A stretch of DNA of 64,000 nucleotides from Marsupella aquatica (taxonomy: Eukaryota; Plantae; Marchantiophyta): assembly GCA_973895155.1 (NCBI GenBank), contig OZ316898.1, forward strand, positions 746,751 through 810,750. The letters are read 5' to 3'. This document shows, piece after piece, positions 51,583-64,000 of this stretch. The position numbers and the translations under genes were made by a program. Under the pieces are notes generated by a model. The model was given only the letters and a program-made list of their open reading frames with translations. It searched no databases and was not told the origin of the DNA. The first letter of the stretch is position 1. Each line of letters starts with the position of its first letter.

Positions 51583-54500
51583 CTACAAAGTAGCACGGTG
51601 TCTTGAGAAACTCTCCAAAGGAATCACTTTGGTAAAGGCATCAGCTAAATTGAGCTTTCCATCAATCTTGACTAGCTCAAAAGTTTTATCAAACATTGTT
51701 TGCCTGATAAAATGGTACCTTATATCAATGTGCTTCACCCTGCTATCCATCACCTGGTTAGCAGCCAAGTGAAGAGCACTCTGACTATCACAGTTTAGAG
51801 ACATTTTGCCATGCTCTAAATCCATCTCCACGATCAACTTGTCCAACCAAATTGCTTCCTTTGCTGCTTCTGCTGCTGCAACATACTCTGCTTCTATAGT
51901 AGACTGAGAGATACACTTTTGCAAGGTAGATTTCCAACTGATACATCCTCCTCCAAGAGTAAATACATACCCAGTTATAGATCTCCTTGTGTCCAAACAG
52001 CCTCCATAGTCAGAATCTACATAGCCAACTAACGTTCTATCTGATCTGGCATCAAATTGTAATCCATAGTCCTGTGTTCCCTTTAGATACCTGAGAATCC
52101 ATTTCACAGCTTCCCAATGTACCTTCCCTGGATTTGACATGAATTTGCTAACCTTGCCCATCGCTAGGGCCAAGTCAGGCCTAGTACAAGTCATCAAATA
52201 CATCAAATTGCCTACTGCCTTCTCATAAGGAATCTTAGCCATCAGACCTTTCTCCACAGCATCCGTAGGAGAGAACGCCGATGATAACTTGAAATGTGAA
52301 GCTAAAAGAATACTCACTGGCTTACAATTTTCCATGTTGAATCGTGCAAGTACCTTCCTCGCATACTTGCCTTGACTCAAGCACAATTGTCAAGTATTAG
52401 AGTTTCTAAAAATCTCCATCCCTAAGATCCTCTTGGCCTTACCAAGATCCTTCATCCTGAATTTAGAACTCAATTTCGTCTTGAGATTGTCAATCTCAGA
52501 TTGATCTTCAACCACAATTAGCATGTCATCCACATAGAGAATCAAAATGATGAAACCAAACACATCATTCTTGACTGATTTTGTATACACACAAGGATCA
52601 TACACCATCATTGTAAAACCTTGAGCAATCATGAAATCATCAAACCGCTTGTTCCACTATCTAGGAGCTTGCTTCAATCCATAGAAGGACTTGAGAAATC
52701 TGCATACTAAGTTTCCTTGGCCCTTCTTCATAAAGCATACTGGTTGTCTCATGAAAATCATCACTTCCAAGTAGCCATAGAGAAAAGCAGTAACAACATC
52801 CATCTGATCCATCACCAGACCAAAAAACACAACAAGCTGACACAAGATCCGAATTGTGGAATACTTAGCCACCGGTGAAAAGACCTCATTGGAATCTGAC
52901 TACTCCTTTCTCCTGAGTGAATCACTTGGCAACAAGCCTTGCCTTGTAGATCTTGTCTCCACCCTCTGAAGGACTGTCCTTTAACTTATAAATTTACTTG
53001 TTGTCCACCACTTGCTGACATCTTGGAAGCTCCACCAACTCCCATGTCTTGTTGTCACTCAAAGATTGCAACTCCCTCTGCATTGCTGCATTCCACTCAT
53101 GCTTATGCTCTGAAGCACAAGCCTCACTATACGAATAAAGGCTCTCTTTCTTCCAAGATCAAAGCCGTATCATCGTCATCAGGTGTGCCAATGTCAATAT
53201 CATCTAGCTTAGATGAGTCTGCCCATTGACCATACCTGGTAGGAGCTCTAGTAGAACTATTGGAAGTTCTTCTAGTACATGATTCAAGTTCATTTGTTGC
53301 TGTTGCTGGCTAAATTTGAGGTACCCCAGCAATAATCTGCTCCTCTTGTTCCATCACAGGAACCAGCTCCATGTCCGGAGCTTCTCCATCTCTCCTATCA
53401 TGAACATCATCATGACTAATCTCCCCCTCAACCCGGTCTGGGATGGAAGATTTCTTCTTGTCAGTATGGGAGTCCTGAGAACTCTCCCGCTCCTTTGATG
53501 ATCCAGATTCATTAAAGGACACATCTTTACTAACAATTAGCTTACAGGTTACTGGATCCCATAACCTATAACCCTTCACACCTTTTTTATAGCCAAGGAA
53601 AATGCACTTGTTTGACTTGGACTCCAACTTGGATCGAAGTTGGGAAGGTGTAAATATATAAGCATCACATCCAAAAATCCTCAGATGTGAGTTATTTGTT
53701 GGACGCCCGTACTTCATTTCAAATGACGTCTTGAATCTAATAGAACTAGATGGAGAAAAATTTACCAAATAAGCTGCAGTGTTGATAGCTTTAGCCCAAA
53801 ATTCATGTGGTAAGCATGATTGACTCAACATACTCCTCGAGTGTTCCAATAGTGTTTGGTTGAGTCTCTCAGAAACACCATTTTGCTGAGGAGTATAACT
53901 TGTTGTAAGATGACGGATAATCCCCTGCTCCTTACAATACGTTCCAAATTCCCCGGAACTCCCACCAGAACTGTATTCACCGGGCCTCATTCACAATTGG
54001 GTGTACCTTGCAGGAACCACTTTTAGGACTCAAAAACATGTTTTTTTAGTGAAAAATGACTTTCGTAACATGGAAAAAGGTTCATCATGATTTTATCTCA
54101 AGACATTTAAGTCTAATTTTTTCACAAGACTATTTTACATGGTGTAACCTACCTCACCATGTAGATACATCAGGTTTTTAACTGTTTTAAGGGATCCTGT
54201 TATTGATGGCCCTAAATAAGCCAAAATTACTGATGATTTTTGTCCTGTACATAAAGATTTAGTGTGTGTCACTATTTAAGTTTTGAAATATAAGATTATG
54301 CTATTAGTATGCATGCTTTGGTAAAATTTCATTATCTAAAATGCATTTTTTAGAGTCCTTTTGAGTCCTAAAATGATGTGACCCATTGCGTGACAAGTCC
54401 TTTTATCAATCTTTGAAGGACATATAAGGAAAGCTTCAAAGTCTCAAATGCTAGATAGTTTAATGAATGTTACCAACCTATAGGATGTTTATTAAGTATA

Positions 54501-56510
54501 GTACATCAAATTTTCTATATCATCTCATTACACCCTAAAAATGATATCCTAAAGCATAATAAACTATGGTCATTTTTGAGTGTGACGTTCCTTTTGGGTC
54601 CTCCAATTGTGAATGAGGCCACCGCCGTTATCCGATCAAAGATATCTCACCTTATTTCCAGTCTGATTCTCAACTTGGGCTTTCTACTCCTTAAAAGTGG
54701 CAAAAACATCAGACTTATTGTGTAGAAAGTATATCCACACATACCTTGAGTAATCGTCTATGAACGTGACATAGTATAACCGTCCAGAATGTGAGGGAGT
54801 AGGGGCTAGACCTCACACATCACTATGTACATACTCAAGTACTTGATTGCTAGTGTGAGTTCCAACTTTGAAGGGTTTCCTGTGCTCCTTCCCAAGCACA
54901 CAATGTTCATAGAATTCCAACTTACAAGATTGCAAATTAGAAAGTAATCTTTTTTTCTGAAGAATAACCAAACCTTTTTCATTCATGTGGCCCAAACTAA
55001 AGTGCCACAGCCGGACCGTCTCCTCATGAGATAAGGTTACATTGGCTTCATCACAGACTACACTGCCCTCCAAAACATATAGATTTTTATGTCTCTTTCC
55101 CTTCAATACAACTTTAGTACCAGTTGAAACCTGAAGGACACCATTAGCAAAACTCCATCGATGGCCATTTGCTTCTAAAACTCCAAGTGAAATGAGATTT
55201 TTCATCATGCTGGGAATATGTCTCACATTCCTCAACGTTCTCACAACACTATCAAACATCTAAAATCTAACAGATTCAAGTCCAACAACTTGACATGGGA
55301 TTCTATTACCCATCAACATTGAACCGTTGGATGCCATGTAAGAACTGAAAAAATCTCTCATAGAGCAAATGTGAAAAGTACATGCACTATCTAGAATCCA
55401 GTCATCACTACCTGGATTTGACACTACGTTGAGAGCATAACCTTGGCATCACAATATGTCATCATCATCGAGAAAATCTACCTCATGCAAGCTCAATGCT
55501 GCGTTAGCTGATGCAGTAGGGTCCTTTACTCAACAATCCCTTTTCATGTGGCCAGACTTGCCACATCTCCAACATGCAAGAGGCTTCCTCTCTTGCGATT
55601 TCCCTCTGGATTTAGATCTCCTCCGTGATGTAGATCTAAACCTCTGGATTTAGAATTCGTACGTTGCTCTGCTCTTCCCCGGTTCACGTTCAGCGCAGTG
55701 CCAGAAGAAGATGTTGTTTGTGCTTGACCCAACTTTTCTGAGCATCATCAGACAGTAATGAGCTCACCACCTCATTATACGAAATGGACTTTAGATCTCT
55801 ATACAAGAGTGCCTATTTCAAGCCCTGATAAGATGACGGTAAGGAGTTTAGCAGAAGCAAGGCCTAGCCTTATTCTCATCTTCAACTCCCTTACCCAGGT
55901 TTGACAGATTCACCGCTAGATTGTCAAACTCATCCATGTGATCATGCAGCTTGCTCCCTTCCTTGAGCCTGAGGCTTATCAAGAGAGACTTCTTGTACAA
56001 CCGGTCTGACGCATCTTCCCGGTAGTACTTCTCTCTTAGAGCCTTGAATAGTGACGCGCAATCCGCATAATCATCCAACTTTTTGATGATGTGCGGCTTG
56101 AGATAAGCATCACTGCATTGACAGCAATCACCTGCTCCTGTCTCCACTGCTTCTTTGAAATCTCTTCTTCTCCATCATACTGCTCTCGCAAAGAGAGTAG
56201 ATGAGCTAAGCCCATGGCCCATAGAATACCCTTCACTTGCTTTTCCCACAGCAAGTAGTCAGTACGACCATCGTACTTCTCCACCTCAAACTTCACTCCT
56301 CCAAATCTAGCCATCTCCCTCTTCTTCCCCACTACCGACAGCTCTGGTAGTAGAACAGCTTCCTCCACTGCACGCCGCACCGATGATCGTATCGGTGATA
56401 CTTGTTCCTCTTCAAACGGTAGCAGTTCCTCCTCAGACTCTCTGTTTGATCATCGCGATCCTGAAGCTCCACCAACGCCAATTCTTGTAGTATCCTCTAA
56501 GTCACTCATA
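51583..56510 (-). pseudogene. Copia gag-pol, multiple stops/frameshifts and a MITE insertion
   Basis: KFEVEKYDG..LW (gag), CWRCGKSGHMKRDC knuckle, WILDSACTFH (protease), LWH..LGHM / EYVHSDV / TPQQNGVSERLN (integrase), QMDVVTAFL, YGLKQAPR, LYVDDMLI (RT), GYVDSDY, IEAEY, KHIDIRYHFIR (RNase H). Confidence 0.95.
53983..54620 (-). mobile_element. MITE family A copy 2 inside the Copia integrase
   Basis: Same 18-bp TIR and 638-bp length as 5948-6585, inverted; TSD ACCG at 53979-53982 and 54621-54624. Confidence 0.95.
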
Positions 56511-58755
56511 TGAAATAATCACAAAAAATATATTTTTCCAAAACTTCTCATAAAACTCAAAACTCAACACCGCCGCGTAGCCCACGAAGCTAGGAGTCCA
56601 ATACTGAAAGCCGAAATCAAAATCAAAATTCGACGGAAAAATTCAAATTTTGGTCGGGGTGGATAAAACCTTGGGAAACTCCCCCGTTTTGACCACCTGA
56701 GAGAATAACCAAAATACCAAGTACAACCCATCATCGGAATTGCGATTTGATTGGTGCGTCACGGTGCCAACTTCAATGACTACGTCCTTGCAAAAAATAA
56801 TTAAAAAGTTACCGTTTGGTGTGCGGAATCTTTGTCGGACGGCCAAAAAACGGCTTTCTGTTTTTCATGAATATTCCCACATAGTCCGACAGGTCTCACA
56901 GGGGCCGATTCCCCCTGTCCAAGCGGTTAAAACCCTGGGTCACCGGTCTTGTGATAGCCAATGAAAGAGATCGGGAGGAAAAAACAAAAAATAAGGCCTT
57001 AAAAGGGGGTTGTTATGCCCCTTTGAAACAAAAAGGCGTATAAGGGTCGGGATCGGGTCAGCGTACGCTCAGGGACGTACAGGCGGCCGTATGCTGCCTT
57101 GTACAGACGCGGGCTTGGGCCAGGGAGAAATTCGGCGTGGAGGGCGGGGCAGGCGGCCGGGCGTGAACGGGACTGGTCCGGGGTGGCAGGGCGCGCGCTG
57201 GAGGGGAGGAAAGGGAGAGCGAGTTGGAGCGGGCTCGCGAAGGGCCGGAGGGGAGGAAAAAGTTGTGAAGGGGGGAGGGCGGCCAGTAGCAGGGCGGCTG
57301 CAAACGCGCCGGCCGACGTTGCGCAGCTCGCCGCTGCCTTCGTAATTGGGGTGTGGGGGGAGGCGAATAGACGGCCGACCGTGGATATAGAGCGGGGCCC
57401 GATACGAGGTGTGTATCCCCCCTAAAATGGCAAAAAAACTCCCCTGAGATAAAATAATGAAAAGCTCACCTTAATAGCCGCTGTATTAAGCAAGGAAAGT
57501 GAGGGCCCAGGGGAAAGTGAACGCCGCCGACGGGAAATGTTGTCGAATTGCAGCGGAAAATTTTGCAGCTCCAGCAGAGTAAAAAACTTCCGCTGTGACT
57601 TCTTCACTCCGCATCAAGAGCCAATCCTGGGCTCACAACGACCGCCTCACCGCGATCAAACCATTGAGCCGTAGCACTTTGCATTTCTTCCACCGAGTCG
57701 GACGTCATGAAGAGAAACCCGGTTCAGATGGGAACAAGTTTCATAGCTTGTGAAAAAACCTGAACGCCTCCTTCACTCATCACGACGCACTCGGTAACAA
57801 CTTGTCAGCAATCCAACTACTAAAACGACCAGTTCGCTTCAACCTTCAACTTGAGCTATAATGTGCGATCTTCCAAACACCGCACAACTCACACCGTTGA
57901 AAAAACAATCTCTGGTCTCTCCCCCGAAAAACCCGTCAAACACGGATAAAACCTGAACGATGCAAACTTTGATTCCTCCGCACCACGGATACTGATCAGC
58001 GAGTTCTAACCATCATTAGAAAGCCCTCTCACTAATCTATCCGCTCAGCCACACACATTCAAGTTTCATGCGACGAAACTCCGAATGTAACATCGACACT
58101 GAACGTTGAAAAAAAACCCATCACAAAAAAACCTCATCACCTCCCAGGCATGCTTTGATACCACTTGTTGAGCATAGACGACATTCGCAACGGCAAGCCC
58201 ATGAACCATCCAACGCACAAGAGACAACGCAGAGAGATACGTGGTTCACCTCCACATGAGGCTACATTCACGGGAACACACAAGAGCTTTACTACACTCT
58301 ATTCCGAACAGCCATACCAAGCATGCACAATACAAGCTCTCCCTATCTCTCAACTAGCTCCGTAACAATGAGCCTAAGTTCCATCGGGGTTTGGTATCAG
58401 CCCTGGCTTAATACACAATAGCAGTACGCTAACATTAGCTAGGTCCTAACCCGAGTTAGCCTAACTGTGGTTAGCTCATGAGTCACAGGACTAAGAGCAA
58501 TACCTAACAAAAAATGCATACAAGCCCCTGTCCTCTCATACAAAATTGTCTGCACCACTTTGACACTTGTGACTTAGTACCCCGCTTAGTACACACCAAT
58601 ATCTCAGGCATCCATCTACATGATGTGAAATAGTCATCAATTTTACTTCAAAAGCCGTCTCCTCGCTAGTGTTAATTACTGTACAGAGAGCCCATCAAAG
58701 AGACTCACAACTTTAGCACAACTTTCAAAATGTTTGGGAGTTAATTGCTGCCTAG

Positions 58756-59103
58756 TGTTAGGGTTACCTCTAGTCTTGGATTAGCTTCTTGATACTTAGG
58801 CTAATCCGCCATTAGGGTGTCAATGTTGATTAGCCTCAACTCTTGCATCTAGCATGTAGAGGCTAGGGAAAGCTCTTCTTGGAGACTCATTCTCATTGTT
58901 GAGGGAGCTAGCTAGGTGCTAGGGGGAGAGCTTGTGCAAGGAGACTTTGTGTGGCCATGGTGGCCAAAGCTTAATAAAGCTCGTGTGTGTTCCCGTGGAT
59001 GTAGCGTCTGACAAAGGTGAACCATATATATATATATCTTGGTGTCAATGTGTGCATGCTTGCAGGTTGTGCTTGTGGTTGTTTCATGACGGTTTTCCCA
59101 GCA
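58756..59103 (+). mobile_element. Solo LTR, diverged relative of the Copia LTR family
   Basis: TGTTAGG...CCCAGCA with 5-bp TSD CCTAG on both sides; shares AAAGCTC..GTGTGTTCCCGTGGA.GTAGC..GGTGAACCA block with the other LTRs. Confidence 0.85.
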
Positions 59104-60260
59104 CCTAGATCTTGTCAAAAAGAGTTCAAACTATTTTTTCAACCTACACACATTCTGCTTGTGTCTATTGATACAGGCTCAAGAACTCAAGCCAAGATAT
59201 GAGCCAGTAATAAAATTATGTCTTCTACTCTTGCATCTAGTTTTTGCTGCAACAAAAATTGGTTACTTGTGATGATCATCACGTTTCCTTATAAGAGACT
59301 TGAGAAGGTAGCTCTTTTCCATCAATGCCAAGTTTCTGATTTCCCAACCCCAATGACTTATTGATGATCATTTCAGAGGGAAGACTGAGGTAGCTTTCTT
59401 TGATAACAAGCTGTTAGACAAGTGAATGCACAACAAGCTCTGAATATAGTAGAAATGGCTACCTGATACAACAAGGTATCTGATACAATTACCCAGTACC
59501 CTTGACGTACGTACACTACTATATGATGGTTGGTACATGCCATGTTCTACTACCAAGTAGCATACAATTATGTTTTTAGTTCTTACCATCTGAAATCCAC
59601 ATGGATGGGGACATTGCACTAAGTGGGAGGTCTATAGGGTGACTTCTAAACATTGGGGCTCTCTGTTAGGCCAAAAGGTTTCCAAAGGGGGTCTCTCGTG
59701 GTATCTCTAGCTTCAAGTTTTTTGTTCTTTGACAGTGTGATAGATATCTTTTGAATGAATCCAGTGGTTACTCTTGTTTCAATTCCCTTAATTTGGACCT
59801 CTCTGTCCATTCTTCCTTGGTTGGTCTTGGGGTTCATCTTTCCCCCTACTTGGGGTTCCTCTACAGTGTAATGCTTGTATCTTGAGGTATATGCTTGATG
59901 GACCCCCAAACCAAAGTTTTCTCCCCAACCAACCTCATGAGCTTTTGGGTATGTTGATTGAAGCTCTATCAACTCTCTAGCTCACTCATGGTGTCTATCA
60001 AGTAATTTTTTTAATGTTTTGGTGTTATGATAATGTGGATCCACATTTGGCTTACAAAGACCTAGAAAAATGAAAGATGAATTCCCTTTCCGTCCATTCA
60101 CGATAATTCGCTCCTCTTACCGGCATTGTGAGCAGACTTTTCACTTCGTTTTGTGCAAAGTATATGCAATGTACGGTTGAGTAAACGATCCTTGTAAATA
60201 GAATATTAACTTTTTAGTTTTTGAAACGTGAAAAGCACCTGAGCGACCTTTATTGGAGAA

Positions 60261-60574
60261 TCACCTCCAGCAAAGACAGATGTGACTTTTCACTTGAGTG
60301 CTTTAGATGCCAAAAATAGAATTGGGAAAACACGACTGTAAAGTCTGGAATTATTGACAAATACTAGAGAGACAAAGGATTGATTGCGCGAATCACAGTC
60401 CAAAGTGGATGAGATCACCCCAGTAAAGACAGAGATGACTTTCATATGACTACATGAGTGCTTAAGATGCCCAAAAATAGAACTAGGAAAACAGGACTAT
60501 AGAGACTGTAATTACTGACAAGTGTTAAAGACACTAAGGGTTGCTAACGCGAATCACAATCCAAAGTGGATGAG
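60261..60574. repeat. Diverged ~155-bp tandem duplication
   Basis: ATCACC(T)CCAG(C/T)AAAGACAGA...CGCGAATCACA(G/A)TCCAAAGTGGATGAG occurs twice. Confidence 0.8.
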
Positions 60575-63500
60575 CCCAATCGCATCAATCGATGATGTGT
60601 GTGTTCCTTTATCTCCTTAAAAGCAACTAGAGTCTTTTAAAACAAACTTTTTCCCATCCTTCTTCTTTCTTTCTTGCATTTCAAATAATTGAAGGCACGC
60701 AACAAGAGACACTTGGAAAGGGTCAGCCAAGCCATGGACGTGGCCTAAATTCCAGCCATCTAACAGGCACTTTAGTGACCGTGTGGGTCCACACTGTTTT
60801 AACGACAGTCAATGAAAAATAAGGTCATTAATAATTGAAGGGATAACGCCTCACCGTCTCACCGGCACCCCCCTCTCTGTCGTTCTTTCCTCCAAGATGC
60901 CCTAGTAAAAAGCGATTGGAACTAAAAAGGGAACTCGAGTCTGTCCCCAATCCAAGGAGGGGCGGAAAAAAGGAGAAAGGGGGTTGGTTGGGCGACACAA
61001 GGGGGGGGGGGGGGTGCGGTGGCCGGGGGGACGGGTGGTTGTTCAAAGAGATCGTAGAGCTCGAAAGTAGACCTTAACTCAATAGAAGATAAGAAAGCAT
61101 TATCATTTCAAACTATTATTGGAAAGTGTGGACATCAAAATGGATGAATACTTCTTGGCTCGTGAGCTGCCGTACTAGTAAACTATATTACGTTTCCTTC
61201 ATCCCACGTGGCATAGAAACATCAGTTTAAGACTGCCTTCCTCTTGCAGTAGAACATGTGGAGCAAGTGTTTCTTTGCTTGCAATTCGTCTGCCCATCAG
61301 AGATCCGACCCAGCTACGTTTTTCAGATGAGAGGATGAAACTCTAGTGGGATCTTAGCTTGCAAACTCCTTCCAAATTTCTGAACTACAATGGGATCCCA
61401 AGGCTTATAACTCATTAGGGAGTTTCAATCCTCAGTGGTTAAGGTTACTTGAAGAAATTTATGGGTTACCTAATTCGATCATAGTCCATAACAAATTCGA
61501 TCATAGTCCATAACATTTTGCCCTAAAATTGTGTCATGTGCGAGATAGTCACTGTCATGGGCTAGCCAACAAAGTTGGTCATATGCGAGATAGTCACTGT
61601 AACTTCAACACAACCCCCTTGCGAAAAAGCTATGGCCAACTTACACAACTTTGACACTTTGAGATAGCGAAGAAGGGCTTTCCTTGTTGCGTTTTATTTT
61701 GAAAGAGAAGAAATCAGCGAAGAAGAACCGCACATTTTGTCGGTCGAGTCAGACTTTCTACTTTGGTACGGAGTCTTTTCACATTTAGTGTGCCATAGCA
61801 ACAGTGAATATTACTTTGGAGTGGAGCCAAACTAAATTGTGAATCTCGAATCCTTGTGTGTGATTCTTACTCCACTAATACGTAATACAGTAAGTAAGTC
61901 ATTGCACAATGGAGAACAAGATATTCCTTTTTCTGCAGGCCATGCCGGCACTCTAGTACCATATCTCAGCTTTGTCCTGTCTCTTGTCCTATAGTAAGAG
62001 ATGTCACCCTCCTCCTTGGTTCTACTCAAATGGCAGCGTAAGGCAGCGAAGATCAACAGCATGCCGTCAACTGAGGAAGAATGATCTCCACGAGTTCTGA
62101 AGGAATGGTTATCTTTCCAGGAAGGAAATCTGGCCTTAGATATGAAGAATATTGACTTTTGCCCACGTGCAGACGCAATCAATATGGCAATTCGGTCCAC
62201 TTATGGTGTGTTTGAGGATTTGTAGGGCCCAGAGTTGCAGACCAGGTAAATTTGATTCTGGGTTGGGATACTTCTCAAGTATGGTCGTGCATTCCCTCAT
62301 CATCAGTGTAAAAAGACACCCACTCGGGAATCGACATGTAATTTGCATCGTCATAACGTGTCAGAGAAAAGTTCTTCATTACGGGATAGTAGAAATTGGA
62401 ACATCCTGTCTGGGTCATCGTGGCAACGGATTCACCGATTCAGAATGATTACAGGATGCCGTGGTGAAGACGAGACACATTGGAGAAGTTGTGATCCAAA
62501 TCAAAGCAAAAAATGTATGCCACTATAGCACTACTGGGGTGGGGAGTGTCTAAAGTGTCCTTCCTCACTTCCTTTCCTCACTTTCTTTCAAGAGAAAAAA
62601 CAATTAAACAAAGCAAACAACCTTGAATGTCTCGTCCACTCAGCGTCATCTCTCTCGTCAAGGGTCAAGCTGTGGGCCCGCTAGAAAGAGACGGGGGCCT
62701 GCGAAGTCGCTGTCGCAGCTTGACCAATTTGCCGTTGGTATCGGAACGAGTGAACGACCCTTCGACGAGATCACTCACAGCAGGTACAGTCAAGTCTGGT
62801 CCCTTACTGTCCCGACTACTACTGTAGATAGTATTAATCACGGGAGTTCGTTTCCTGTACAGCTTTTGGGCAACGAAAGAAAGAAAAAGTAACTCCAATG
62901 CGGTTCCTAGTTATTAGTCTTAAACAAATGTGTTCGTGTTGAGCGTCAGTCAAATTCCTCTCCCAGACCTCCCCGGAGCTCTATCAGACAAACCTCAGGT
63001 AGGCTTTTACAGTTGTTTCTAATTGCTATTATGGGGTCTTTATTTGGGAATCTTGGGCTCTTTGGTACTCTTGGGCTCTTGGCTCTCTTAGGGTTTTCCC
63101 TTGTGGTCTTCCCGTTATTGGGTCTCTTTGCCCGTGCAAAGGTGTCGTGATAGTGTCTCCCCGATGGACGCCTTTTGGTTTTTGGCAGTGTGTGTAATGA
63201 TATGTACTGGACAGGAAGAATGGAAAAGATAGTCCATGTAGCTCGTCCCGCGGTGGTCCTCTACATGAATGGAAAAGGGATGCCAACAGGCCTTCAGCGA
63301 CACATTTTCCACTATGGACGTTGTATAGACATTCTTTTGAGTGCCGAGGTGGTTTTTGGGTCCCCGGACTCCAATGACCCTCCTCTGTGTTCACTCCAAA
63401 GCTTTACCAGACATTTCAGATTACGGCTCAGATAGGGCTTCAGCAGTAATGGAGGACTCTTGGTCTTTTTGAAGGTTTTCCCCTGCTTACCCCCTTTAAC

Positions 63501-64000
63501 TGGTCTCTATCCTTTGGGATCCTATGGCACAAACCCCCATCCCAAAGTAGGGTTAGGGTGGCTTTACAAGTTGGTCTCCAAGATCTGATCAGGGCCAGCC
63601 ATTAGGGAGAAGCTGCTGCTGCTTTTAGTCCTGAGACACTATATTTAGTGTGTGAATGGCCCTACAGTTTGCTTTGGTGGAAAAACCTCACAAGTTTTGG
63701 TGGAAAAACCTCACAAGTGCCCTCAACTGTTTGAAGCCCTTTGCACACAAAAACCATTACAATAGAAATTGGATTTTACATGCGCAACCCTCATCCCAAA
63801 GTGGGGTTCAATAAAACCCTGTGCACAGAAACACTACCCTTAAGCGTGATAGAGCAGATGGACGACAGAACTTTTCCCAAACCGGCCTATAAGGAGTATC
63901 TATGAGCGGGGCCTCTTATCACCTAAATGGACGAGAGGAGGATCTAAGAGGGGGACCTACCTGTACATGAAAATATTTTAAGGCAGAAATTCAATTGCAA

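Larger units (their letters stand above)
51032..58509 (-). mobile_element. Ty1/Copia LTR retrotransposon (Tnt1/Tork-like), decayed
   Basis: 5' LTR 58166-58509 and 3' LTR 51032-51358 (TG..CA); PBS TGGTATCAAAGC at 58152-58163; PPT (AAGGGGGAG on minus) at ~51361-51372; gag-PR-IN-RT-RH order. Confidence 0.95.

Noticed and set aside
53983-53990. ATG start of the 226-aa integrase ORF
   Set aside because: Provided by the MITE TIR; not a real gene start.
57010-57425. Several Arg/Gly/Pro-rich ORFs
   Set aside because: Artefacts of the GC-rich Copia leader.
59110-60000. Possible Gypsy integrase remnant on minus (GVHQAYTSRY; KLDAR..VLE)
   Set aside because: Motif fragments only; no continuous frame.
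61832-63435. Cluster of 60-120-aa ORFs near the window end
   Set aside because: No recognisable domain, codon pattern or consistent splice structure.

Overview
Eukaryotic plant genomic DNA, probably a non-flowering land plant given the transposon content. There are two apparently intact host genes, both on the minus strand. One is a HAESA/HSL-like LRR-XI receptor kinase (15774-19299, one intron). The other is a multi-exon secreted amidase-signature protein (39989-45988) with an N-terminal fasciclin (FAS1) domain. The rest is largely nested mobile DNA: a decayed Tnt1/Tork-like Copia element (51032-58509) with a coding-less relative and solo LTRs, two copies of a CRE-type non-LTR retrotransposon, three MITE families each present twice (4-, 8- and 10-bp TSDs) and several tandem duplications. 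The most striking object is a decayed DNA transposon of more than 11 kb (<1 to ~11600) with two divergent genes. The rightward gene is a Sola-like DDE transposase carrying three tandem TNP1/En/Spm-like domains. The leftward gene is a large protein with a ParB/Srx-like domain. About 17 copies of a 17-bp palindrome (CTCGAGA-NNN-TCTCGAG) are scattered through the element, mostly in non-coding parts, and their spacer polarity flips at the divergent promoter. This looks like a transposon-borne ParB/parS-like self-recognition system. All family calls are from motif recognition by eye; no searches were run.
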